Origin: Callorhinchus milii
Lineage: Eukaryota
Direction of reading: 5' to 3'
Length of the DNA: 64,000 bases
Assembly: GCF_018977255.1 (NCBI RefSeq)
Contig: NW_024704742.1
Span: 64,482,001-64,546,000 of the forward strand
This document shows positions 37,343 through 50,962 of this stretch, one piece after another. The position numbers were made by a program, and so were the translations under genes. Under the pieces are notes generated by a model. It was not told where the DNA came from, ran no database searches, and worked only from the letters and a program-made list of their open reading frames with translations. Within the stretch, counting starts at the first letter, position 1; each line of letters starts with the position of its first letter.

Positions 37343-37750
37343 ATAACATTTTGGTTAAGAAATAGAATAAGGGAAAAAACTAAACAACAGAAGGCATGTT
37401 TGGGATGTGATCAACATCCCAGTAAGAGAAAGAAAAAGACACAAGGATGCATAGGTTCATTATAAAATCAATAAATTGTAGGAGATTCTTGAATTCACCC
37501 CAAATAAAACAGGGAGGATAAATTAACTTTTCTTTTTATATTACAGAAGACAGGTTTGAGATCAAATGCAGTGAAAGAGATGGAGGAGAATACTGCCAAT
37601 TTTACATTAATTACAGTAATAATACTGGGTTTACGTTTGGAACCTTAACCCTGACTGTAAGATTCTGTAATTAATGTGTTAAATAATATCTCAAATATAT
37701 TAGCGATGTTTATATATTTGAGACACATCATCAAGCTCATTGAGGGGAGC

Positions 37751-38305
37751 TGGTTGTGGCTAGCTTTCTCAAGGAGGAGAAACAAAAGACTATTTATAAA
37801 CAACAAACTGTTTTCATTTTCGTATCAGTCATTTTTTCATGGAAAAATGATCTGCAGCTGGAGAGAGCTATGTTGCATTTGTTTCGAAAGAGAGAGAAGG
37901 AAGAAATTGGAACTTGGAGCCACGAACCATGTTCCAGCTTCTAAAGAAGGAAGATTAAGACTACGATTTAAACAACACTAAACGTACAATAATACTGGAT
38001 ACTTTTGGGTGATATCAAACTGGGAACCATACAACAATACTTGGATACCTTGTGATGGACATATATTTGGATTAAAATGGACATTAAATTGGATATTGCT
38101 CCTCTATTTCTCCCACAGCATTCGGTTTAATCAACTTAAGTTATTGTGAACTACAGTATACATGGATTCGTAAGCATAATTGGATGCATTCTGTTAATTA
38201 CAGAGAACCATTATTAATCTGAATGAATAAACTTTATTTAATTGTATAACATTTGTGTAAGTCCTTACTTCACCGCAGGTTCACAAAATTAAATTAACCC
38301 TTATA
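37751..38305 (+). repeat. 3' LTR (start either 37751, after the purine run GAGGGGAG, or 37656 at TGTAAG)
   Basis: similar to the 5' LTR from 37770 on; AATAAA at 38226-38231; ends CCTTATA. Confidence 0.85.
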
Positions 38306-38985
38306 AGGGTGTAGGGCAGGGGGAGGCAAAGTGATCGAAAACACGGTCGAAGAGGATGGTCTTGAAACGGGTCTTGAAGGAGACGAGGCCAAGGCGGAGG
38401 GACCGTGGGATGGAGTTCCAGAGGGTGGGGGCAAAGTGACTCAAGGCCCGCCTGTCAATGGTGAGTCAGGTGTGGCATAGGAAGCAGGCAAGAGCCCACT
38501 GAGCGGAGGGAGCGGGCAGATTGGTAGGGGGATAGGAAGTCGCAGAGGTGGGCAGAGCAAGGCCTCAGAGGGTCATGATAGGGTCACGGAGTCTGGTGCG
38601 GGAGAGACCACAGGCTTCAGCATTCTAGATGATCTGCAGCCTATGGAGGAAGGAGTTGGGGAGGCCGACAAGCAGGAAGCTTGCATAGTCAAGCCTGGAT
38701 GTTATGAATGCGTGTATGAGGGTCTCAGCGCCTGCGGTGTGAGACAGTGGTGGAGCCGGGCGATGTTGCGGAGGTGAGGGAAGGCAAAGTGGGTCATGGC
38801 ACGAATGTGGGATAGAAAGGATAGCTCAGGGTTGTACAAGATGCCAAGGTTACAGACTGGCTCAGTGAGGTGGAGTGTGCATCCACGAATGGTGATGCTG
38901 TCAGTGCCTGAGGTGTGGAGTCCCTGACGGGAGCCGATCAGGAGAGCCTCGGTCTTGTTGACGTTCCATTGTAGAATGTTACTAC
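38306..38985 (-). mobile_element. L2 LINE 3' portion
   Basis: reverse strand reads NVNKTEALLIG..RLDYA..FKTRFKT remnants. Confidence 0.78.
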
Positions 38986-41208
38986 TCTGTAAGTGGAAGA
39001 AACCCTCCTAAATTTCCCATTTGCTCATTCGTTAGCTATTTTAAATTGGTTCATTCTCGTCACTGGTTCACCATCTAGGAAATTGTGAGCTGTAAATGTC
39101 ATTCATATTAAAAATTGTGCCAGTGAAACACTTTATCAATATTACTTTAGATTCAAGATATGATATCAGATCCCAGATGATATCGCAACAAATCTTGTGA
39201 TTTATTACTCTCTACACTGTAAAAATTCCTCAAGGCCATGAGATTGAGTGGGAGAAGAGACTCTGTGCTAAACTGAGAGACACTTCTGATAAGAGGACAA
39301 TTACATTTATGGAAGAAGGCAAAAGTAGTTGAAAATAAGGAATGTGTCACTGAAAGGCACAAGTTCCACATCCACCCTCTAACATGTTCATGCCAGGTTA
39401 CATGAGCCACAAATCAGAACTGATGTTAAAATACTCAGAAAGAGACTGAATTTGTATAGGAGAAAATGCTGCACTGTACCCCACCCACTAATGAGACCCA
39501 ATTTTACTGTAATAAAATGTTAATGGTTGCTCCACAAAAAGCTAATGTAATTTTGTATGGATTTTAATTAAATAAGTCTTACATTTTTCCTCCAAATTCC
39601 ACTTGACAGTCTGGCTCAGTCAGTAGCACTCTGGCCTCTCAAGTCAACAACTAGCATTTATATAGCGCCTTCAGGTAGGTAGTGTCTCGGAGCACTTTGA
39701 AATTGTCATTGTCAGATTTTTAAATGGTTTCAAGCTGCACATCGGAATTTTGAATTCATAGTTTAGGTTGAAATTTCAATGCAGTGCTAGGTTTGCCATC
39801 CTTCTTATGAGACGTTTAACCAAGATTCTGTCTGCCTGTTCCTGTGGACCTTAAAGAATCCATCACAATATTTGAGAAGAAAAGGGAGTTGTTTCTGATG
39901 TCCTAGCCAACAAGCCTCAGATAAAAATGATCATTCACTTCATGGCTGTTTGTGGGATGTTGCTGGATCAAATTGGCTGTCACGTTTGCCTGCAAAATAC
40001 ACAATCACCTCACTCTACAGTAAATCGTGTAAAGCACTTTGAGACATCCTCCCAACGTGAAAGATTCTATATAAAAATGCAGTTACTTTAATTGAAAAAA
40101 GATGAATATGGAAAATCAAACGTATAAAAATAACCTGGTGAATAACAGTCAGCATGGGTTCAAAAGGAACAGATTTCATTTGACAAACCTCAGGCTTTTT
40201 TGAGGGGGTGATAACCCAAATTGACTGTGGGAAGCCATATGACATTAATGTAGGTGGACTTCCAAAAGTAACAAAATTGAACAAAGTAACACATAAAAGA
40301 CTCCTTCACAACAAAACAAAAACAAATTACAATTGTATAGTGCCTTTGAAGTCGGGAGGACGTACCATTGGACAGTCAAGGATGTGCACCCAAGCTGGGG
40401 GTTAGGAACAGGAGGGGTGGAGGGCAGGAAGAGTAGGGGGATGACTGAAGCTGGGGTTGAAAAGGCCTTGATATCATTGGGTGTCAAGTACAAGATGTGG
40501 ACATTGATTCAAATTTGGCTGAAGGGAAGGAAGTAGAGGATTATTATTATTGTTGGGAAAATTTTAGGTTCAAATTTAAACCAAGCTCCAAAAACTTCCT
40601 GTCTTTTTTTAGGCATGCGAGCATCAGGAAAGCTTTTCATCAGCATCAAGAAAGTGCTGAATTCCATGCTTCTTAGCCAGATATTATCTTAAAAATAATT
40701 TTAAAAGTAAAAATTCTAAATTAAAGTAATTCTTGCAGCTGGGAACCAAAATCTCATTAAATTAAAAAGCACCCAAATTGAAACACTCTTACCAAGCTAC
40801 AAAGCACAAATAAATACAGTACTATTAAGTTCAGTTGTATTTCTACCATCGGTAAATTTCAGTGTTTCTTCAACAGTATTTTTATCATTACTTGTTGCAG
40901 AAAAGACCACGATAACATGTCTTTGAAGCACAGTAACTGTACTGGGTAATTAAATACTATTAAATTCAGTGTGGAACATTTAACCAATCTGATTCCAGTT
41001 AAGTGTTATTACTCTACCACATCATAGTTAAATAATAAAGTATTTTAGTTTTAAAACGTTCTTCTTTCTAAGTGAATCTGTCCAAACGTACTGTTTTGGC
41101 AATAGCTATAATCAGCTAACATTTTAAATTTCTCAAATAATCTCACAGAACAAAATGTACCCCTTCTTGACAAAACAAATAAAGATCTTCTGCTCCCTCC
41201 CAGCTTAC

Positions 41209-41293
41209 CTGATTGAACCTGATAGGATCCACTATGGTGCCGTCTCACCAAATACTTCAAACCTTTTGCTGCAAACCTGGTGCCAGAATCCAT
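41209..41293 (-). CDS. RGS12: candidate alternative first coding exon of RGS12 (MDSGTRFAAKGLKYLVRRHHSGSYQVQS-G)
   Basis: ggcATGG Kozak-like start, 85 nt open, strong donor CAG|gtaagc in phase 1, in frame with the 32640-32809 exon; non-repetitive context; no transcript evidence. Confidence 0.5.
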
Positions 41294-43788
41294 GCCAATC
41301 TAACTGTACTTTCCCAGTAACACCTGGAAACCATCTACTGCCAGCCTAAGTGACATTTTGTCCAGGTTTACTTGTCCTCAGATGAAGAAAATCTATCTGT
41401 TTCTCCTGATAGTTTAAGACCTGTAGGAAATTAGACTGCCCGCTCCTTCAAAGAAATTCTCCTCCTCTTGACCGTAAGCAAGGGAAACAGATTAAATGTC
41501 AAACACAATGCTTTAAGAGAGCAAACTAAATTATTTAGGATGACTTGTACTCTGGCGTTGCCACAGGAACCTAAATTATTGATAATCCAATGAAAAACAC
41601 CACTTGTGGTAGGACAGATAGCTTTTGGTACATCCATGTTACCAAAAGCTGTCTAACTTATTTCAGGACTAAAACGACTATAGTCATCCTTTTTAAGCTC
41701 CATTCCTATGAATCTAATCAAAGACAAAACAATCTGAACACTGTTGCTAAAGAACTAAGTGGTAGAAACTTCTAGGATTAAGACACAATTAGAAACCAGG
41801 ATGAGCTACAGTATAATCAATTTGTTTTTAATATGTGCTACAAGAAAGGTATTTTTATGTAGACCAGCAGAATAAAAATCAAATATATGTAAAAAGGGAA
41901 TCTGATACACACTATTTTTCTGTTAGAATTGATAGGCACTGTCGAATTTAGTCCACATTTTTTTTAAGCACTGGCCTGCTTCACATACCCTACCCTGCCC
42001 GCCCCACCTTCAGCAGTCGTGCCTTCAGCATATCTGCCTCTACTTTCTGGAACTCAATCTCGGAAGCAATTCACCTCACCCCTTCCGTCTCTTCCTTTAA
42101 GGTCAGTCTCAAGACCCTTCTCTTTGTCAGCACCTTCAGTTATATCCCTCTGCCCCACCACTCCATCTCCAACCTTCTAGGCCCTCACCCCTCCCAAATC
42201 AGCTCCCCAGCTCGGGTTCAAATCCACCACCTTGGGACGTTGTTCTGACGTGAAAGCAGCTATATAAATGGAATTTGTTGTTGTTATTGTTGTTATCTTT
42301 CAATTATAGTTCTAGAAACAAAGTTTCAATTAATAAGTATAGAGTCAGGGAAGGAATTCATTTTTTTTAAGTTCCACTTTTTTATTATAGTGAAAATTCT
42401 TAATTTAATTCTTCTGTAGTAGAAATACCAAAGTTTCCTCAAAGTATATTTAGAAAAAAAGATACAAATGTTTTATAATATAAATTTTAGGCATTATTTA
42501 TCGAATGTTATGGCTCAATACAACTCCCCTAGATTGAGAGTAATACTGACAAAAATGAGTTTTTTCAGACACTTTCTGCAAGCTGAAGCTTATTATAAAA
42601 GCAAAGATGAACAATTACAAATTAATTGCAAAATTCTATTTCAATAAGAAAAAGATTCAAACCACTAATGAAATTACTTCAGTCACAAAACAACCTGAAT
42701 TGCACCAAGACAGATCATTTCATTTTTATGATTATGTTAATAAAACAACAGTTTAATGTTCAGAATAAGAGGTTGTTTCACTGATAAGCAACAATTTTTG
42801 CAGACAAACAACACTATAGCTGTATTCCCCATAATTTTATTTCAATTAAATACTCAAAATAGTAGCCTAATTCTTGTGCATTTCACGACCACTTTCATTT
42901 AAGGATAAACATTATTCAATTCAATAAAAATAGGAACACAGTACATTTAATTTACTGAGCTGTTAACAAGGAAATATCCAAAGTGCTTCCAATCTCAGTC
43001 AAGATGGGTGAGTCACCATGGATTTTCGTTAATAGGTCAAGTGAATACATATTTTAAAACAGTGAACTGCATACCACTACTACTTTGTTGTCTATTGTCA
43101 GGTTTCAGATGAACAACCTATTCTCTATATTTAAAATCCATTGTTTAAAAACTACTACAAAACTTTTAAATTCTGCAATATATCACCTATGCATTATAAA
43201 GCAGTTAAAAGTCTACTGCATTTAAGTCTATTAACGTTTTATCACAGCTAGTCAACAAAAATCAATACTATTGTTCCAAAAGCTGAATCCCCAGATTTCT
43301 AAATGTTCACCAATAGGGAACTGAGTGATGCCAAGGTTGGAAAACTGTATTTTCCACTTTAGATAAGATAATGAACAAGAAATCTGCCTCTATCAGATCC
43401 CAAGTGAAATAAATTTGGGGAGAGACTCAATCTAATTCCTAGTGGACATGATTTCAGACAAAAACGGTTCATAACAATAATAAAATAATCCTGGCATCTG
43501 ATATAACACTTATCATGTCATTGAGACATCTCAAAGCTTTTTGCCATAATATACTCTAAAGTGATGTAACTGTGTGCATCTTGTGTGCAAAATGTTACAG
43601 TGGTTTGGATCAGTAGTTTCAATCAGAAAGTCACAAGACAGGCCGGTGAAAGATATAAATGATATGTGCGCAAATTCAATACATCTCCCTCAGAAAGGCT
43701 TGTATTTGGGTATCCAAATCTTTTTCTGTCCAAATTTCTCCACTTCCTTTTCTCTCGTCATGGCAGCAAATTATATTGATAACTTCGA

Positions 43789-43844
43789 AAGTTTGGTAAC
43801 TTTCCACAAAAGTTTGCTAACTTTCCACAAAAGTTTGCTAACTT
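43789..43844 (+). repeat. 21-bp tandem repeat, about 2.7 copies
   Basis: aagtttg(g/c)taactttccacaa repeated. Confidence 0.8.
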
Positions 43845-45810
43845 GTGATCCTGGTTGAGATAAACTGATCAAATGTCCAGTAGCTCTCCCCAAGCAGTAG
43901 ACGAGAGGACAATGACACTGCTTGCACACCTCTGGATCATTGAATACTGGAACCCTACAGATAAACTTGTCATCAATTCAAACTTTTTCTGTTGGATGCT
44001 CAAAAGCTTGAGGTGCAGCATTGAGATATAGAATTGAATTTGTCCTACACACATGAGCCAACAGAAACAATCTTGCCACAAGAGAAACAGCAACACACCT
44101 TTTAAATAATTTCATAATCTGCAAAATGTTATTCTCAAGTGGAATTTAACTACTGGGAATTAAAATGCTCTGAAAATAGAGTGAATCTGAGACATTTGGA
44201 AGACACAATTTCTCATATTGGAGGTCATTACATCTTTACTTGCAAGCTGACCTAAAACATATCCTTCTGCCTCCGTTTCTTAATTTTTTTTCTCACGGAC
44301 AGCAGACATCTTATATACTTGGGAGGTACATAAGTACTTCATGAGGGAATTCCTAGCTTCCCTGCTGGCTTAGTTGCTAAAATGACTGCAAGGAGACAAT
44401 TCCAGAAGGTAACTTCAAACCATACTATCCCGGAGCGGGTGGGGGGAGGGGGAGTCTGCTTCGAGCTGAACTAGCTTCAAGGTGACCTGCTGGGCAATAG
44501 AACTTTGAAATGAAATCAATCCTCTGTGGTGGTCTCAGGAGTCAATTTCTGAGCCACACAGGTCTGAGTTCTCCAGAGCACGACTAAAGACAGAGCAACC
44601 GGCTTGGCTTATCGGCAGGTCCTGGAGGGGCAGACCAAGTCACTGGAAATAGGGAATATTCCCATTTAGCTCTTGTTAACCCACCAAGGGATCCTAATAG
44701 TTGGAGTGGCCCTAAGTGAACAAGCAGCTGGAAGCTTGCCAGACAATGTTCCCTCCCAATGGTAAACTATGCTGCTTTTAGCAAGTTAAATTAACAGTAT
44801 TACCCCAATGCACACGTTAGGGTCCCCAAGCCTCGGCTCTTGCCAAATTGAGTCTAATACTCTTGAAAATTAAGTAACCAGCGTGTGTCCCACCAGGAAG
44901 AGAGTGTACATTCTATTCCAAACAAACAGAAATTTCCATGTGTGGGCGGCATATACACGTGGAATACAGTCTGGTTTGGATACTCTTAATCACGTGACAG
45001 CTTTTCACATGTGTCACACACCTGGCTGACAAAAAAATAACATGGTCTGTACTTAATTATCTCATCTCATCTGGGCAGCCACAATTAGCCTCAAATCTAG
45101 AAGAGTGGGGAAAATCTGCCAGTGAGCCTGCTCCTAATCACTTTCCTGTGCTGGAAAGTTAATGTTTATGGACATTGGTCTAGTTGGATTGGGCTCATAT
45201 ATAACTCTCCCCAAAGTTCAACATACTGCTGACACATGATGGTTACACATGATGAGTTACTGGAGGACAGGATGGGGGTTGGAGTTGGCCCCTGTGGGAT
45301 CAAACTACAGGGTAAAAAGGGGCTGTAATATTTGTTTTTTCCAGTGGGACAACTTGTGCTTGTTGAAGAATTTTCAAGAGCTAATTCGAGTGTTTTGTGA
45401 TTTAGTGTATTTGGGTTCTACCAGCAATTCAGCCAAGAATCCTCCTTTTTTTTAAATGCTTGGCATAGGTGCAACATTTGCATATATACCAGCTATTCTA
45501 CAATGCTATTGTTATACTGGCGGAATCCAAAGAAAAATCATGTTATGAAGACATGATCTGAAGTTAGAAGCTTCAGTTTATTTGGTTTATAGAAAATCTG
45601 TATGTTACAGCAATCATAGGAAACATATCATTGCCAAGTAAAATGAAGTATGCTTACAGTGTTGACCCATAATAAAACTTATTCCATAAATAGTGTATAT
45701 TTTGGAAACGCACTAAAGGTCTAATCATAAATAAATAAAAACAATTAACACAATTTAATATTGTTGCCCTACTATATCGTGCTTTTACTTATCTGAAAAT
45801 GTGCACTAAC

Positions 45811-45832
45811 CTCCATCGGAGACAGCTGCAGT
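45811..45832 (-). CDS. RGS12: RGS12 22-nt micro-exon (TAAVSDG-E)
   Basis: tcttgcag|ACTGCAGCTGTCTCCGATGGAG|gttagt; matches the conserved SATVSDGE/AVSDGE motif before the RGS box in RGS12/14; ends in phase 1, fitting the 32640-32809 exon. Confidence 0.85.
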
Positions 45833-47599
45833 CTGCAAGAAAATAGAGATGGACATGAGTGAGAACACATCATTACAAATGTTTTTTTCCTGTCTGGTTT
45901 GAAACTAACATCACTGATGATTCATAACAATGATGATTTCAAAACAAATGCTTCATTTGAAATGTAAAGGAAGGACATGCTAGATAAGACAAACAACTTT
46001 CACCCTACACACGAAAATGTTCCTGTGTCTGCTGTGGAATGTGTACTACCTCCCTGGAGGGATTCACCCTGCTAACCTGATTCCAGAGAATATTAGGTGC
46101 AGATTGGCAAGAGGCAAGGCTCCGGGACTCGGTACTGCTGGCATTTATACAGCCAGGAAAACTAGAAGAGAGATTACACCTGAACCGCAAGCCAAAATTA
46201 ACAAAACAATTAAGTATTAAAAATAATCCTTGCATTTGATATTGTCTTATCACGCCGTTGAGATAGCTCAACATGCATTGAGCGGCTTCATTCAATGTAA
46301 TGATACACTGGAAAGGGTTAAATGAAAAACAAAAACCTTTTGCAATTTAGGATTCTAAATTACAAAATTGAACTTGTATGAGCAACAAGAAGGGATGAGA
46401 TCCAGGTGTTTAAAATGCTTGCAAGCATAGATGACACAGATGTAATCAGGTAATTTCACTTGGTCTAAGAATAAAGTACAAGACACATGTTGAATATTAA
46501 TTTGGTGAAAATTATCATCTCCAATGTATCCATTGTTTAAAATTATACTCAATCAGTAACTGGATATTGACTGGTACACAAATTTAATCTCCCCCCAAAC
46601 CATTTTAGATGGGATTGTCAGGCCACGAAATGAGGCATTAGAGTGTCAGCAAATAGGATACTGAGGATTAATAGAAATTGTGTATTTTTCTACCACCACT
46701 GTCCTTCAAACCCTCGCTCCCCCACCCAAAATAACACACACTAACCACCAGGAACAAAATTTCAGGAAATCAAAGTTTACGCTGTTTTGATTGTACCTTC
46801 AGAACGAGGCTGAATAAATATCTAGTTCAGAATCCTATTGTAGGTAACAGGAACACAGAGACATTTCCTATTGGCGTAAATATATTCCCTTCCATCCAAT
46901 CAGTATAAATCTCTTCTAAAATATCTTATTAAATAGGTTCTCAAAATCCATCCATCTCTGAAAGCAACTCTGTTTAAATAAAAATTCTACTGGGGACAAC
47001 TATCAAATGACATATCCAATCACCAATGTGTCTACAGTGTTGGGAGGAGGAAGACAACAACAACAACAAACAAGTTTCATTTATATAGTGGCTTTCACGT
47101 CGGGAGGATGTCCCAAGGCACTGGACAGAATTCATTGGAGATCATCATATTTGAACAGTGAAATTAATAATAATTTTTATAAACTTTGCATTTGATACAA
47201 CACCTTTCATGTCAGAAGGATGTCTCAAAGTGCAGCGACTGTGTATTTTGTAGGCGAATGCAGCACCCAATTTGCATGCAGAAATGTCCCACATACAGCC
47301 AAGAAGTGAATGACGAATTTTATCTTGGGAAACTGTTGGCCAGGTCTGGGGGAACCTCCCTTCTCTTTTTGAGAAGTGTCATGAGATCATTAAAGTCGAC
47401 ATCAGTGGGGAGGATGGGACCTTGGTTTAATGTTTCAACTGAAGTATGGCACCTCAAACAATGAAGCGCACTCTCAGAACAGTATTGGAGTATCATCCTG
47501 GACCATGGGAGTTCAAAGTCTCCAGGTGGAACTTAAATACACAACCTTCTGACTCAAAAGCAAGAGACACCAACTGAGCCAGGCTCACTTAAGATGTAG

Positions 47600-48460
47600 G
47601 GAATAGATATCAGGAGCCCTGTAGTGCCAGTCGAATGGAGGCCCCGGGTAGTGTATTGGGGAATGAGGAGATCAGAGATAGGGAGGTGCCAGGGAGTGAA
47701 GGGATTTGAATGTGAGGATCTTGAAGTCGATCCGTTCAGTGATGTGGAGCCAGTGGAGCCTGGCCAGAGCTGGTGAGATGGGGGTATGGAGTTTGGTCCG
47801 GGTCAGTATGTGGGCAGTAGAGTTCAAAATGAACTGGATTTTATGAATAGTAGAGCTGGGGAGACAGGCGAGGAGTGCGTTTGACTAATCCAGGCGGGAA
47901 GTGACAAATGCATGCGCAAGGGTTTCAGCTGCATTTTCGGTTAGGTACAGTCGTAAGCAGGCAATGTGGCAGAGGTGGAGGAAGGCGATCCTGGTCAGGA
48001 ACTAGATGTGGGGGAGCAAGGACAGCTGGGGGTCGATCCGGATGCCTAGATTGCGCACTAGTTACATGGTGAAAACAACAACAAAATTACATTTGTATCG
48101 CGCCTATTACGTCAGGAGGACATCCCAAGCAGGTCATGGCATGGATATGGGGTAGAAAGGATAGTTGAGGGTCAAACAAGACGTCAAGGTTCCGGACTGG
48201 CTTAGTGAAGTGGATTGTGCATCCTTGGATGGTGAGACTGTCAATGCCTGAGGTGTAGAGGAGCGACGGGAGCCAATCAGGAGAGCCTCAGTCTTGTTGA
48301 CGTTCAACTGTAGAAAGTGAGCTCTGAACTAGGACCTAATATCTGACAGACATTCTGTCAGGACAGCAGTGGTGCTGGAATCGAGGGTGGAGGCAGAGAT
48401 AGAGTTGGGTGTCATGTGAAGTTGACCCTGTGTCTACGGATGATGTCACCAAGAGGGAGC
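47600..48460 (-). mobile_element. cluster of L2 fragments
   Basis: LQLNVNKTEALLIG and RLHWLH..RIDFKIL remnants. Confidence 0.75.
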
Positions 48461-48466
48461 ATTTGT

Positions 48467-48748
48467 GGAGTCCTGTAGCTCAGTGGTTAGAGCACTCGCT
48501 TTGTAAGTGAGAGACCTGAGTTCAATTCCAGGCAGAGCGCGAAACCTTGGGCAAGTTTCCTTACTCCACACAGAGCCTAATAATAATCCCTCCAAAACCA
48601 AAAACAATAATAAATTGGTCATTTTCAATCTACGACTGTTTGTGGGACATTGCTGTGCGCAATTGGCTGCCGCGTTCTGTGAAGCACTTTGGGATGTCTA
48701 GAAGACGTGAAAAGCGCAATATCAAATGCAAGGATTATTATTATTATT
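48467..48748 (+). mobile_element. tRNA-derived Deu-type SINE with a short internal deletion
   Basis: same family as 5548-5879. Confidence 0.9.
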
Positions 48749-50962
48749 TAGATATTGAATGGCAGCTCTCCATTCAAGCACTTTCAACTCCTGTCTCAAT
48801 TTGTACATTATTGTACCCCACCTTCAGTATAGCACTACCAACCTTATAGCACTGGTCTCTTGTTGATCTGGGTTAACTTGAAATTTGATACACGCAACTT
48901 GTGTCGCAGATTAGCCAGTTCCCAAACTAAAAAATGGCTGACATCCAGGATGTTAGGTCACTACTTACATCACTTTCTGCATATAGCACACTATTTATTC
49001 GCAGGAAGCACTGCTGACATCATTTTACAAAAGAAGTAATGTCAATGGCGCTTCTTGCGCATAGCACACATGCACAGGAAAGTTTGTCAAGAAGCCATAT
49101 TTGATGACTTTTTTTTGGCATGACATTTTTTAATGCTTCATTAATCTATGCTACCTCTGAGATATTGGACCCAGAAATCCTCCTTCAAGTCCTTCAGCTA
49201 CAGATATTAAGTGCGTGTGACGGGTCGGGGCTTAGGTTCCCATGATTATCTCACATGGAGCACTGCGTAGGCTGCTTCAAGCTCGGTAGGCGAGCATGCG
49301 GTGAAGGGTCCACTTCGCTCCCTATGTGATCATGTATTCCTCACCCCCTCACTCACCAAATGATCAGGTGATGGTCTTTCCTCTCTCAGCCCTCCCCAAC
49401 CCCCACTACTATTGCACGATGATGGTTGATGTTTTGCCCCCGGGGGAGGGGGAGGGCGCTGAGAGGCTTAATTTTGTATTCTATGGGGTGCGTATGTTCA
49501 GTGTTCTGTTTGAGGGAGGCATGGGAAACAAAGCTTTGACCCGGCAACGATAAGCAGCGTTACAAGTTGCGTGATTGTCGATACGACCAGCGCAGATAAA
49601 TTTAAGTGGATTTAATAGGAAACTCAGCGGAACACAGTGGCTGAATACTTGGGCAGATGTACAATTTAGGCAATTATATGATTTATACAGATAAGATTTA
49701 TGAGAGTTTTACTGTATTGTGACAACTATTCGATCCTGTGACACTGCTGAACTGCTTGCACAACAAAATTCTCAGTTTGTAATGCTGTGCTTTGTTGAAA
49801 GATTTACCACTGAATGTCCCTGAATTTACAATGCCTAATTTCATTGCCTAATTATTCACGTCATAAACTCATAATGCAATCAACACAACCTCCTCCTTCC
49901 GTGTGAACACAACCTCCTCCCTCCGTGTGTACGCCCCCTCCCATCCCTCCATAGTGATGTTCTGTCTCAACCAGCAGATAATTAGTATATAAACTGGAGT
50001 AAACGGGTATTATTTTGTCAGTTTCCGGACCTGACATGCTGAGTTTTAAGAGTTTCAGGTATTTCCTAGAACCTGAGGGGCTAGGATTGGGATTTACACT
50101 GGAAATAGTTAAAGAATGAAATTAATGGTGTTCGACAAAGCATTCTTTGTGTTAGTTATCATAAGAAATTGGTTATCAAACATTGCAAATTTTATACCAG
50201 TTTTTTTAGTAAGGCTTTGTGGAAAAGTAGATTGCTAAGAAAAGATTGAAAATTAGATCCCACTATTTTGATTAGCAATCAGAAGATGATAAAAACACAA
50301 CTATTTATGAAAGCTTAACAAAATATTCTTTGCATCAGCATAAATTTTACGAGTTCCAAGTTCCAAGATGGGACTTGAATTCGCAACCTTCTGACTCAGA
50401 AGCGAGAGTGCTGCCAACTGGGTGAGACAGGCTGATACACAAATCAGCAAACATCAACGTGCTTTACACAATGCAGGCTGTTTTTGCAAGTTTTCTCTTG
50501 GTTAGGGTGTGCCGCAGAATGCAGTCAAATTCCTTAAATGAGAAGTTCATTAACCCTTACATTTCTAAAACACAGAATGCTGCAGTAGTTAGTAACACAA
50601 ACAACTTGTCTAGTAAGTTTAAAATAGTTTAAATTCACATGTGAAATCAGCAATATTGATAACTAGTGTAGAAATTGAGGGACATGAGATTACATTTTTT
50701 TAAAATATTTTGGACCACAAAATTAGGGTATTTTCCAGCCCTATACATACAACCACAACAATAATTTGCATTTATATAGCATCCCTCACACAGAGAAGCG
50801 TCCCAGAGTGCACAAATCCAAGCCGGGGGAGGTGACTGTAGGCAGGGTCAAAGAGGATGGTCTTCGGGCTCAACCTGAAGATGGGGAAGGTTGGGGCAAG
50901 ATGGAGGGATTGAGGGAGAGTGTTCCAGAGTTTGGGGGTTTTATGGCTTTTTATGGTTTTAT

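Larger units (their letters stand above)
32891..38305 (+). mobile_element. endogenous retrovirus-like LTR element, rearranged and defective
   Basis: two related LTRs, tRNA-Lys PBS, and PR-RT-tether-RNase H-integrase remnants (LPQGFHNSP, QYVDDLL, VRSFLGL, IYSD, KVKAH..GNNVADELAK, YHPQSSGIVERMNRTLK). Confidence 0.93.

Noticed and set aside
3082..45832. Assignment to RGS14 or RGS10
   Set aside because: KGAFFSWSR, LDLVPINRSVGLKAKPTKPVTEVLRPVV and GDISSPNSTLLPP are RGS12-type sequences
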